Positions 40,761-49,364 of a DNA stretch of 64,000 nucleotides are shown piece by piece (within the stretch, counting starts at the first letter, position 1; each line of letters starts with the position of its first letter). The DNA comes from Candidatus Poribacteria bacterium (GTDB taxonomy: Bacteria > Poribacteria > WGA-4E > WGA-3G). Made by a program: the position numbers and the translations under genes. Where the stretch lies: contig OZ244048.1 of assembly GCA_965215265.1 (NCBI GenBank), forward strand, positions 1,376,001 through 1,440,000. Direction: 5' to 3'. The notes under the pieces are model-generated. The model was not told where the DNA came from. It saw nothing but the letters and a program-made list of their open reading frames with translations, and did not search any database.

Positions 40761-42032
40761 ATGTTTAGAATCTTATTTTTATTGCTGGCTAGTTCGCTGG
40801 CGGTTTGCCTGCTCAGCTGCGGATTTATTGAAGATGATGCTGAAGAAGAGGAGGCTCCCGCCGCGATCGAAAGCGTGACACCTTCCGGTGGTGAGCTTTC
40901 GGAAGATGGAAGCATCATAGTAACCTTTGACACCGATCCGGGCGATGTCAGCACCAGTGAGGGGTCTGTCTTCGGTGTGGGTAGGACTCGGGCCATCTCA
41001 GGTCCTTTTAGCCCCGGTGCGCTGGACTTGCGGCTCAACTGGTCAAATGGTGCAGGCAGCCTGACTTTGATTTACCAGGTCAAAGCAGCAAAAGCCAAGC
41101 CGCCGCCAGAGGGCATGGTGCTCATCCCCGGTGGTGCATTCCAGATGGGCAGCAACGATGCCGATGCCGGGAATGACGAGCAGCCTGTGCACACGGTGCA
41201 TGTGGACGCGTTCTACATGGATAAGCACGAGGTGACAAATCTGGAATACAAGCGGTTTGTGCTGGCGAACCCGCAGTGGCAAAAGACGCGCATCCCACGG
41301 GTGCTCCATAATGGTAATTACCTAAACGATTGGAGCGGTAATAACTATCCAGTGGGTAAGGCGAACCATCCTGTGGTATATGTGTCGTGGTATGGTGCGA
41401 TGGCATATTCCGCGTGGGCAGGTAAGCGTCTTCCGACGGAGGCAGAGTGGGAGAAAGCGGCACGGGGTGGGAAGTCAGGGTTAAAGTATCCGTGGGGGAA
41501 TACAATCTCCTCTGGGCATGCGAACTACGTTAGTAATGTAGGCGGTACAACGGCTGTGGGGAGTTATGCGTCGAACGGGTATGGGCTGTATGATATGACA
41601 GGGAACGTGTGGGAGTGGTGCCTGGATGCGTATGATTCGGATTTCTATTCAGAGTCTCCGTCTCGGAATCCGCTGAGTGACGTGAATACCATATCGAATC
41701 TGGATCTGATTGTAAAAAACTTTATGCATATTAAGTCTTCTCGCGTGTTGCGTGGCGGGAGTTGGTACGTTTTTACACGGCCCCTGCGTGTCGCCAATCG
41801 CCTCTGGAATTCTCCAGCGAGCACGTACAACGACTTCGGGTTCCGGTGCGCGAGGGCTGTCACGCCTCAAATCTTCACTCCTTGTCTCAAAAACACAAGG
41901 CATAGCCGGCGCAAAACCCGTGCGGCCTCTAAATGCCGCTCGCGACTTGGCATCACTATTGGTTGCGTACTGGTGAAGTTTCACCTAGTTTATATCGTTC
42001 ATAAAATTTTCTTCACTAAGTTTACAGTATAA
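40761..42032 (+). CDS. DGR target 1: lipoprotein with Ig-like domain and FGE-sulfatase/C-type lectin domain; stop codon lost (54-aa extension)
   Basis: LLSC lipobox; GMVLIPGGAFQMG, RLPTEAEWEKAARGG, GLYDMTGNVWEW and RVLRGGSW...GFRC motifs; its 3' end aligns to the TR. Confidence 0.9.
   Translation: MFRILFLLLASSLAVCLLSCGFIEDDAEEEEAPAAIESVTPSGGELSEDGSIIVTFDTDPGDVSTSEGSVFGVGRTRAISGPFSPGALDLRLNWSNGAGSLTLIYQVKAAKAKPPPEGMVLIPGGAFQMGSNDADAGNDEQPVHTVHVDAFYMDKHEVTNLEYKRFVLANPQWQKTRIPRVLHNGNYLNDWSGNNYPVGKANHPVVYVSWYGAMAYSAWAGKRLPTEAEWEKAARGGKSGLKYPWGNTISSGHANYVSNVGGTTAVGSYASNGYGLYDMTGNVWEWCLDAYDSDFYSESPSRNPLSDVNTISNLDLIVKNFMHIKSSRVLRGGSWYVFTRPLRVANRLWNSPASTYNDFGFRCARAVTPQIFTPCLKNTRHSRRKTRAASKCRSRLGITIGCVLVKFHLVYIVHKIFFTKFTV
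41742..41855 (+). repeat. DGR variable repeat VR1
   Basis: 114-bp gapless match to the TR; most differences are at TR adenines, plus 7 non-A differences. Confidence 0.85.
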
Positions 42033-42065
42033 CTTAATTAATTTAGAGTATAAAAGGAAAATAAA

Positions 42066-43196
42066 ATGTTTAGAATCTTATTTTTATTGATGGCCACCTC
42101 GCTGGCGGTTGGCCTGCTCAGCTGCGGATTTATTGAAGACGATGCTGAAGAAGAAGAGGCTCCCGCCGCGTTCCAAAGCGCGACACCGTCCGGTGGTGAG
42201 CTTGCGGAAGATGGGAGCATCACAGTAACCTTTGACACCGATCCGGGCGATGTCAGCACCAGTGAGGGGTCTGTTTCCGGTGTGGGTAGGACTCGGAGCA
42301 TCTCAGGTCCTTTTAGCCGCGGTGCGCTGAACTTGCGGCTCAACTGGGCAAATGGTGCAGGCAGCCTGACTTTGACTTACCAGGTCAAAGCGAAAGTAGA
42401 AACCGCAGTTGAGAAGGAGAGAGAGGTGCCTGAAGGAATGGTGCTCATCCCCGGTGGTGCATTCCGGATGGGCAGCAACGATGCCGAGGCCGATAATGAT
42501 GAGCAGCCTGTGCATACGGTGCATGTGGACGCGTTCTACATGGACACGCATGAGGTGACGAATCTGGAATACAAGCGTTTTGTGCTGGCGAACCCCCAAT
42601 GGCAAAAGACGCGTATCCCACGGGCGCTCCATAATGGTAATTACCTAAAACATTGGAGTGGTAATAACTATCCTTCGGGTAAAGCGAACCATCCTGTGAC
42701 GTATGTGTCGTGGTATGGTGCGATGGCGTATGCTGCGTGGGCAGGTAAACGTCTTCCGACGGAGGCGGAGTGGGAGAAAGCGGCGCGGGGTGGGAAGTCA
42801 GGGTTAAAGTATCCGTGGGGGAATACAATCTCCTCTGCGCGTGCGAACTATGGTGGTAATGTAGGGGACACGCGTCCTGTGGGGAGTTATGCGTCGAACG
42901 GGTATGGGCTGTATGACATGGCCGGGAACGTGTGGGAGTGGTGTCTTGATGCGTATGATTCGGATTTCTATTTTAATTCGCCGTCTCGTAATCCGCTGAG
43001 CGACGTGAACACCATATCGAATCTGGATCTGATTGTAAATGACTATACACATGTTAAGTCTCTTCGCGTGTTGCGCGGCGGTGGCTGGTACGATCTTACA
43101 CGCTACCTGCGCGCCGCTAATCGCCTCTGGGATTCACCAACGATCACGAACTTCAACAGCTTCGGGTTCCGGTGTGCGAGGGCTGTTACTCCTTAA
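42066..43196 (+). CDS. DGR target 2: lipoprotein with Ig-like and FGE-sulfatase/C-type lectin domains
   Basis: Close paralogue of target 1 with an LLSC lipobox and a VR at the C-terminus. Confidence 0.93.
   Translation: MFRILFLLMATSLAVGLLSCGFIEDDAEEEEAPAAFQSATPSGGELAEDGSITVTFDTDPGDVSTSEGSVSGVGRTRSISGPFSRGALNLRLNWANGAGSLTLTYQVKAKVETAVEKEREVPEGMVLIPGGAFRMGSNDAEADNDEQPVHTVHVDAFYMDTHEVTNLEYKRFVLANPQWQKTRIPRALHNGNYLKHWSGNNYPSGKANHPVTYVSWYGAMAYAAWAGKRLPTEAEWEKAARGGKSGLKYPWGNTISSARANYGGNVGDTRPVGSYASNGYGLYDMAGNVWEWCLDAYDSDFYFNSPSRNPLSDVNTISNLDLIVNDYTHVKSLRVLRGGGWYDLTRYLRAANRLWDSPTITNFNSFGFRCARAVTP
43065..43181 (+). repeat. DGR variable repeat VR2
   Basis: All substitutions versus the TR (about 19) fall at TR adenines; one extra codon in the AAC run. 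Confidence 0.95.
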
Positions 43197-43217
43197 ATCT
43201 TTACTCCTTTACCCCTT

Positions 43218-43237
43218 CCGATCTGCGTGCAGATCGG
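43218..43237 (+). promoter_or_regulatory. Hairpin/cruciform downstream of VR2 (candidate DGR homing signal)
   Basis: Perfect inverted repeat CCGATCTG-CGTG-CAGATCGG about 20 bp after the stop codon, the position of the known DGR target-recognition hairpin. Confidence 0.7.
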
Positions 43238-43470
43238 GTCGATACAATTTTTTAACTATGAGTTAAAAATCAGTTAGAAATAGGGTAAAATATTAACTAT
43301 ATGTTAATTATCTGCTTATTTTTTGCTTGGTGCGTGCTGTAACCGGTGCGTTTTTGTGGCAAGTCCCGAATTTTATCCGGCTCGGTTTTTTTTTCGGGGT
43401 GTATCCGTGGCTGTACCGATATTAGGTTTAGCAATTCGGGTGGCCGGTGTGAGAATGTGGATTGGGTAGC

Positions 43471-43818
43471 ATGCCAACATCTACGACTACGATGAAAGCG
43501 GTTCCGAAATTATACGATGTGGTAATGTGGCTATTAGGCTGTGTGGAGAAATTCCCGCGTTCTCATAAGTTTACGCTGGGTGACAGAGTGGTGACTCTTG
43601 CGCTGGATATATTGGAGTTGCTGATAGAAGCGACCTATACGCGGAATAGGCTTCCGCTGCTGCGTCAAGCGAACGTGCAGCTGGAGAAACTCCGTTATCT
43701 GATTCGGTTGTGCCACGACTTCAAACTGATTTCAACGAAGCAGTACAACTATATTTCGGGTGAAATCAACGAAGTAGGGCAGCGAATCGGCGGGTGGATT
43801 AAGAGTCAATCTGCCTGA
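43471..43818 (+). CDS. avd: DGR accessory variability determinant Avd (four-helix bundle)
   Basis: KLYDVVMWL..VEKFPRSHKFTLGDR...LEKLRYLIRL...EVGQRIGGWIK; directly upstream of the RT. Confidence 0.93.
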   Translation: MPTSTTTMKAVPKLYDVVMWLLGCVEKFPRSHKFTLGDRVVTLALDILELLIEATYTRNRLPLLRQANVQLEKLRYLIRLCHDFKLISTKQYNYISGEINEVGQRIGGWIKSQSA

Positions 43819-43885
43819 GGCTGAAAAATCCTTGTTTTCCCTGCTGGTTCTCTTTATGAGAGGCATCTTATAGTTCAAGTTGACG

Positions 43886-44944
43886 ATGAAAACGTATAAT
43901 AGGCTGTTTGAACAGATCTGCTCGTTTGAGAATCTGCTAGTCGCTGCGCGTAAAGCGCAGCGTGGGAAGCGTTTTCAAGACGAAGTGGCGCGTTTCAACT
44001 TTCACTTGGAGCGTGAGCTATACCGCTTGCAGGCGGAGCTGCAGACGCAAAGCTATGAGCCGGGTGGCTATCATGAGTTTCATATCTACGAGCCGAAGTT
44101 GCGTAAGATTAGCGCAGCGCCTTATCGTGACAGGGTTGTCCATCACGCGTTGTGCAACGTTGTAGAGCCGCTTTTCGACCGGACGTTCATTTTTGATTCC
44201 TACGCGTGTCGGAAAGGGAAGGGTACGCATAAAGCCGTGGACCGGTTTACAGGATTCAGCCGCAAGACTGAGTATGTGCTGAAGTGTGACATTAGAAAGT
44301 ATTTTCCGTCAATCGACCACGAGATTCTGAAGACGCTGTTTCGCCGGAAGATTCGGGATGTAAAAACCTTGTGGTTGATGGATGTGATTGTTGATAGTAG
44401 TAACCGTCAGGAAAATGTGATAGGCTACTTTGACGGGGATACGCTATTGACACCGCTGTGGCGGCGGCGCGGCATTCCGATCGGGAATCTGACGAGTCAG
44501 TTTTTCGCGAATATCTATCTGAACGGTTTTGACCATTTTGTGAAAGAGCAGCTACAGTGTCGCTACTACATCCGTTATGTGGACGATTTCGTGGTGCTTG
44601 ACAGGGACAAGTCGCGGCTGCATGAAGTCAAAGTGGAGATGGTCTCCTACTTGGCGCGGCTGCGGCTGCAGTTACACCCGCACAAGTGCCAGGTTTTTCC
44701 GGTGAAAAGCGGCACGGATTTTTTGGGGTATCAGGTGTTCCCGACACATCGTAGGCTCCGGGCATCCTCTGTGACGCGTGCACGGCGGCGTTTGCGGCGG
44801 CTGCAAAGGGATTACCGCGTAGGTAAGATTTCACAAGAGCAGGTGACTCATTCGGTGCAAAGTTGGCTTGGCCATATTCAGCATGCGGACACGTATGGAC
44901 TGCGTCGGGCAATCTTTTCGGATATCCGTTTTCAGCGTTCATGA
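43886..44944 (+). CDS. DGR reverse transcriptase
   Basis: [48 protein letters not shown] (DGR-type SQ), YIRYVDDF and DFLGY motifs. Confidence 0.96.
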   Translation: MKTYNRLFEQICSFENLLVAARKAQRGKRFQDEVARFNFHLERELYRLQAELQTQSYEPGGYHEFHIYEPKLRKISAAPYRDRVVHHALCNVVEPLFDRTFIFDSYACRKGKGTHKAVDRFTGFSRKTEYVLKCDIRKYFPSIDHEILKTLFRRKIRDVKTLWLMDVIVDSSNRQENVIGYFDGDTLLTPLWRRRGIPIGNLTSQFFANIYLNGFDHFVKEQLQCRYYIRYVDDFVVLDRDKSRLHEVKVEMVSYLARLRLQLHPHKCQVFPVKSGTDFLGYQVFPTHRRLRASSVTRARRRLRRLQRDYRVGKISQEQVTHSVQSWLGHIQHADTYGLRRAIFSDIRFQRS

Positions 44945-45031
44945 AGTGAAGCGTCAAAGCGTTTCAGAGTTTAAAAAGCGTGTCGCTTCTCAGCACGAGC
45001 TGGAGAAGCCCACGGGGTCTCAAGCCGAGCA

Positions 45032-45148
45032 TCTCGCGTGTTGCGCGGCGGTAGCTGGAACAATAATACACGAAACCTGCGCGCCGCTAATCGCAACAGG
45101 AATACACCAACGAACACGAACAACAACAACGGGTTCCGGTGTGCGAAG
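45032..45148 (+). ncRNA. DGR template repeat (TR)
   Basis: AAC/AAT-rich copy of both VRs: CGCGTGTTGCGCGGCGGTAGCTGGAACAATAAT...AACAACAACAACGGGTTCCGGTGTGCG. Confidence 0.95.
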
Positions 45149-45270
45149 ACCCTTTCCGAGAGGTTAGCATCTTTCGGGGTTGCCAGAGTTGGTGTGCCTC
45201 CGAGGTAGGTGAGTCACATCAAGTGTGCATCGCTAAAGAGTCCAAGGCTTGATACCTGTGTTCATCTCTC

Positions 45271-45350
45271 TGTGAGATGTGCCAAAGATAAAACCCGGGG
45301 TGTGATGGTGAGTAGGCAGTGTGCCGAATGTTATCACACCTCTTTCTCTT
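45271..45350 (+). repeat. 80-bp hairpin element, copy 1 (downstream of the TR)
   Basis: GGTGTGATGGTG-AGTAGGCAGTGTGCCGAA-TGTTATCACACC; near-identical copies at 46711 and 48183. Confidence 0.85.
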
Positions 45351-45465
45351 TTTTCTCTGCCTGATTTCTCTTTGCTTGACAATGATTCCCTGATGTGTTA
45401 TTATAAAGACAGAGTCGTTTTGAGAAGGGAAGCCCTTGACAACTGATACGTTTTAGGAGTATAAT

Positions 45466-46590
45466 ATGCAGAAAGGGGACATCCACGACTTTTTGTCCGA
45501 GATGTCTGTTTCGAACTTTTCCGATCGGAGCATACGCCGCTTATTAGAAAACAAGGAAAACGTCCGGGGCTTGCTAGAAATCGTTGCGGCAGAACTCGCC
45601 GCGTTGATTGATTTTGCGCATCTGGTTCCAATGAATAGGAGCCTGCTGCCCGCCACTCTTCGAGAACAAGAGGCAGACATTGTGTATCGGGTGCCCTTCA
45701 AAAGTGATGGTGATGAGGGTGCGGCAGAGCTGCTCATCTATCTGCTGATTGAACATCAATCGACGGTGGATGCGACGATGGGATTTCGTGTGCTTTTCTA
45801 CATGATGCTGATTTGGGACGCAGAGCGGCGGCGGTGGGCGGCCGAGACGGTGCCGAGAAGAGAGCGTGTATTGCCGCCGATTCTGCCTGTGGTGTTTTAC
45901 ACGGGGGAGCGGCGGTGGGAGAAGCCTCTGACACTTGAGGCGCTGATGAATCTGCCCGCCGCACTCTCTAGATTCGTTCCGAGATTTGACATCCTGTTTC
46001 TGAATCTGACAGGCACAGACAAGGCGACGCTGACAGAGGCGGCGCATCCATTCGGGTGGCTGATGAGAGTGCTGCAACAAGGAGATTCGGACAAAGCGTC
46101 TATAAGCCGGGCGTTACGAGAGACTTTGACGCAGTTGGCGACACTTGATGCGGCGGATTCAGGGCAGCGGCGGGAAGCGATAATGTATCTGGTATCGCTG
46201 ATTGTGCATCGGCGCCCAAAGGAAGAACAAGAAGAGTTGATAGAGTTGATAGACCGGCATACGAGTGATATGGAGGTAGCACCGATGGCAGAGACAATGG
46301 CCGAATTCCTCTTCGAACGAGGCATAGCACAAGGGATGGAACGAGGCATAGCACAAGGGATTGAACGAGGCATTGAACGAGGCATAGAACGAGGGAGAGA
46401 ACAAGGGGCGTGCCAGAATGCTATCAAAAATATAACCGCCGTCCTCAATGCGCGATTCCCTCATTGTGACATACACACTGCCACGCAGAAACTCGAAACG
46501 CTTTCTAACCTTGAACACCTCGAGCACCTGCTGCTGACAGCCGTCAAAGCCGATAGCTTTCAAGCATTCCTACAGGCATTAGAACTATAG
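45466..46590 (+). CDS. Rpn family recombination-promoting nuclease / Transposase_31-like (PD-(D/E)XK), copy 1
   Basis: EADIVYRV, LLIEHQST, LPPILPVVFYTG and a C-terminal (ERGI)n coil. Confidence 0.9.
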   Translation: MQKGDIHDFLSEMSVSNFSDRSIRRLLENKENVRGLLEIVAAELAALIDFAHLVPMNRSLLPATLREQEADIVYRVPFKSDGDEGAAELLIYLLIEHQSTVDATMGFRVLFYMMLIWDAERRRWAAETVPRRERVLPPILPVVFYTGERRWEKPLTLEALMNLPAALSRFVPRFDILFLNLTGTDKATLTEAAHPFGWLMRVLQQGDSDKASISRALRETLTQLATLDAADSGQRREAIMYLVSLIVHRRPKEEQEELIELIDRHTSDMEVAPMAETMAEFLFERGIAQGMERGIAQGIERGIERGIERGREQGACQNAIKNITAVLNARFPHCDIHTATQKLETLSNLEHLEHLLLTAVKADSFQAFLQALEL

Positions 46591-46710
46591 AAACGCACGC
46601 GCCGAACGCCCTGGCCGGCACCGGGCTGCTCTTGTCGGGGTGTCAGGTAGGAACCCTACCGTTATTATACCCTCTGACAAGCGGAGCATGGTAGGTTGCG
46701 TACTATACCG

Positions 46711-46790
46711 TGTGAGATGAACCAAAGATAAAAGCAGAGGTGTGATGGTGAGTCGGCCGTGTGCCGAATGCTATCACACCTCTTTTTCTT
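46711..46790 (+). repeat. 80-bp hairpin element, copy 2
   Basis: GAGGTGTGATGGTGAGTCGGCCGTGTGCCGAATGCTATCACACCTC. Confidence 0.85.
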
Positions 46791-46925
46791 TCAGGCGATG
46801 CAGATTTCTCTGCCTGATTTGTTTATCTCTGCTTGACAATGATTCACGGATGTGTTATTATAAATAAAAAGTAGGAGTTTTGAGAAGGGAAGCACTTGAC
46901 AACTGATACGTTTTAGGAGTATAAT

Positions 46926-48062
46926 ATGCAAAAGGGGGACATCCACGACTTTTTGTCCGAGATGTCTGTTTCGAACTTTTCCGATCGGAGCATACGCCGC
47001 TTATTAGAAAACAAGGAAAACGTCCGGGGCTTGTTAGAAATCGTGTCGGCAGAACTCGCCGCGTTGATTGATTTTGCGCATCTGGTTCCAATGAATAGGA
47101 GCCTGCTGCCCGCCACTCTTCGAGAACAAGAGGCAGACATTGTGTATCGGGTGCCCTTCAAAAGTGATGGTGATGAGGGTGCGGCAGAGCTGCTCATCTA
47201 TCTGCTGATTGAACATCAATCGACGGTGGATGCGACGATGGGATTTCGTGTGCTTTTCTACATGATGCTAATTTGGGACGCAGAGCGGCGGCGGTGGGCG
47301 GCCGAGACGGTGCCGAGAAGAGAGCGTGTATTGCCGCCGATTCTGCCTGTGGTGTTTTACACGGGGGAGCGGCGGTGGGAGAAGCCTCTGACACTTGAGG
47401 CGATGATGAATCTGCCCGCGGCGCTCTCTCGATTCGTTCCGAGATTTGACATCCTGTTTCTGAATCTGACAGGCACAGACAAGGCGACGCTGACAGAGGC
47501 GGCGCATCCGTTCGGGTGGCTGATGAGAGTGCTGCAACAAGGAGATTCGGACAAAGCGTCTATAAGCCGCGCGTTACGAGAGACTTTGACGCAGTTGGCG
47601 GCGCTTGATGCGGCGGATTCTGGGCAGCGTAGGGAAGCGATAATGTATCTGGTATCGCTGATTGTGCATCGGCGCCCAAAGGAAGAACAAGAAGAGTTGA
47701 TAGAGTTGATAGACCGGCATACGCGTGATATGGAGGTAGCACCGATGGCAGAGACAATGGCCGAATTCCTCTTAGAACGAGGCATAGCACAAGGCATGGA
47801 ACGAGGCATAGAACAAGGCATAGAACGAGGCATAGAACGAGGCATAGAACGAGGGCGAGAAGAAGGGATTGAGCGAGGGGCGTGCCAGAATGCTATCAAA
47901 AATATAACCGCCGTCCTCAATGCGCGATTCCCTCATTGTGACATACACACTGCCACGCAGAAACTCGAAACGCTTTCTAACCTTGAACACCTCGAGCACC
48001 TGCTGCTGACAGCCGTCAAAACCGACAGTTTTGAAGCATTTCTACAAGCGTCAGAACTATAG
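46926..48062 (+). CDS. Rpn family nuclease, copy 2 (near-identical tandem duplicate, offset 1460 bp)
   Basis: Nearly identical to copy 1, with one extra 12-bp repeat unit. Confidence 0.9.
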   Translation: MQKGDIHDFLSEMSVSNFSDRSIRRLLENKENVRGLLEIVSAELAALIDFAHLVPMNRSLLPATLREQEADIVYRVPFKSDGDEGAAELLIYLLIEHQSTVDATMGFRVLFYMMLIWDAERRRWAAETVPRRERVLPPILPVVFYTGERRWEKPLTLEAMMNLPAALSRFVPRFDILFLNLTGTDKATLTEAAHPFGWLMRVLQQGDSDKASISRALRETLTQLAALDAADSGQRREAIMYLVSLIVHRRPKEEQEELIELIDRHTRDMEVAPMAETMAEFLLERGIAQGMERGIEQGIERGIERGIERGREEGIERGACQNAIKNITAVLNARFPHCDIHTATQKLETLSNLEHLEHLLLTAVKTDSFEAFLQASEL

Positions 48063-48182
48063 AAATGCATGCACCGAACGCCTTGGCTGGCACCGGGCTG
48101 CTCTTGCCGGGGTGTCAGGTAGGACCCTTACCATCATTATACCCCCTGACAAGCGGAGCATGGTAGGTTGCGTACTATACCG

Positions 48183-48262
48183 TGTGAGATGAACCAAAGA
48201 TAAAAGCAGAGGTGTGATGGTGAGTCGGCCGTGTGCCGAATGCTATCACACCTCTTTCTCTT
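48183..48262 (+). repeat. 80-bp hairpin element, copy 3
   Basis: Essentially identical to copy 2. Confidence 0.85.
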
Positions 48263-48448
48263 TGAGGCGATACCGATTTCTGAGAAATTGCCTCCTGATT
48301 TCCATCCATCTTTGTTGTCAATGTGTCGTGATAAGGGTTTCACAGAAAACAAATCCGCTACCTACACTTGTTGGGGGGACGGAAATATCAACCCGCTTTC
48401 CTATCTTTGTTCTGTATTCAGGCTGCCGCTTCGCACTCGTCCGACATC

Positions 48449-49312
48449 CTAGCCGCGCATAACCCCAGTTTCCTCTAACCAGACTTTCAAGGGAACATCC
48501 ACATCCTTGGGAGAAAAATGACCGTTCGCGTTCGTACCTCCTCCCAGCAGCTGCTGACGAATCGGATCGGCGCGATCAAACATCTCTTCCGGAATCGTCA
48601 TATCGTCTTTACTCCGCAGCCAGCGGTACCCATAGCCGTAAAATAGCCCTTTTCGCGTGATATCAGACTCATTTTCACTCCGCGCATGCCAAATCCGACG
48701 GTCAAAGAATACTGCAGCGCCTGGCTTACAGCACACAGGTATCGCCCCCTCCGGAGGAGAACCATCTACTGGGAGTTCTAAAGTATCCAAGAGATGGCTA
48801 CCGGGAATCATGTACAAATTTCCGCGCCCTGTTTCTGAACAGTCGGAGAGCCAATACACAACCTTTATCGAAAGCCGCGGGCGTGGCGAACTTTCAATCT
48901 CTATATTGACACGACCGCTATCCTGATGCCATCCTAACGGCGCTGGATTACCCCGGGACATCTCAGGGCGCGGCGGCGTGATAATCAGATGGCTATGGTA
49001 GCAGTAAATGTTCCAGCCCAAAGCACCCCACACCTTCGGAAACGTTTTATACCAATCCAAAATGTTGACGAATAGCTGATCTTTCCCGAGAACATTGGGA
49101 TAGAAAAAGTTTTGGGTTTCTGTCAGAGGCTTTTTGGTATACGCATCGTAACCTGCATCAAGATGCGCTTGGTAAATGCTATCAACACGGTTCTCAAGCC
49201 GTTCAACGAGCGCCAGTGGCAGCGCGTTTTCCACAATAAAATATCCTTCTTCGTTCAATCCACGGAGTTGTTCAGCCGTGATTTGATGCTGTAGATGCCG
49301 TTCATCAAGCAT
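48449..49312 (-). CDS. PhyH family dioxygenase
   Basis: WHQD, IPGSH and FDRRIWH motifs. Confidence 0.9.
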   Translation of the reverse strand: MLDERHLQHQITAEQLRGLNEEGYFIVENALPLALVERLENRVDSIYQAHLDAGYDAYTKKPLTETQNFFYPNVLGKDQLFVNILDWYKTFPKVWGALGWNIYCYHSHLIITPPRPEMSRGNPAPLGWHQDSGRVNIEIESSPRPRLSIKVVYWLSDCSETGRGNLYMIPGSHLLDTLELPVDGSPPEGAIPVCCKPGAAVFFDRRIWHARSENESDITRKGLFYGYGYRWLRSKDDMTIPEEMFDRADPIRQQLLGGGTNANGHFSPKDVDVPLKVWLEETGVMRG

Positions 49313-49364
49313 ACTCTACTCCTCCTATTGCATTCAAGACAGTCCAAACTAGTGTGCGTGTCTC

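Noticed and set aside
43886-44944. RT as a group II intron, retron or Abi RT
   Set aside because: Adjacent avd, the SQ motif, an A-specific TR/VR pair and the lack of maturase or endonuclease extensions identify it as a DGR RT
44868-45167. ORF spanning the TR, and shadow ORFs over the targets and Rpn genes
   Set aside because: Alternative-frame or antisense by-products of real genes and the TR
45466-48062. Rpn genes as IS transposases mobilising the family-1 repeats
   Set aside because: No family-1 termini, terminal inverted repeats or target duplications flank them
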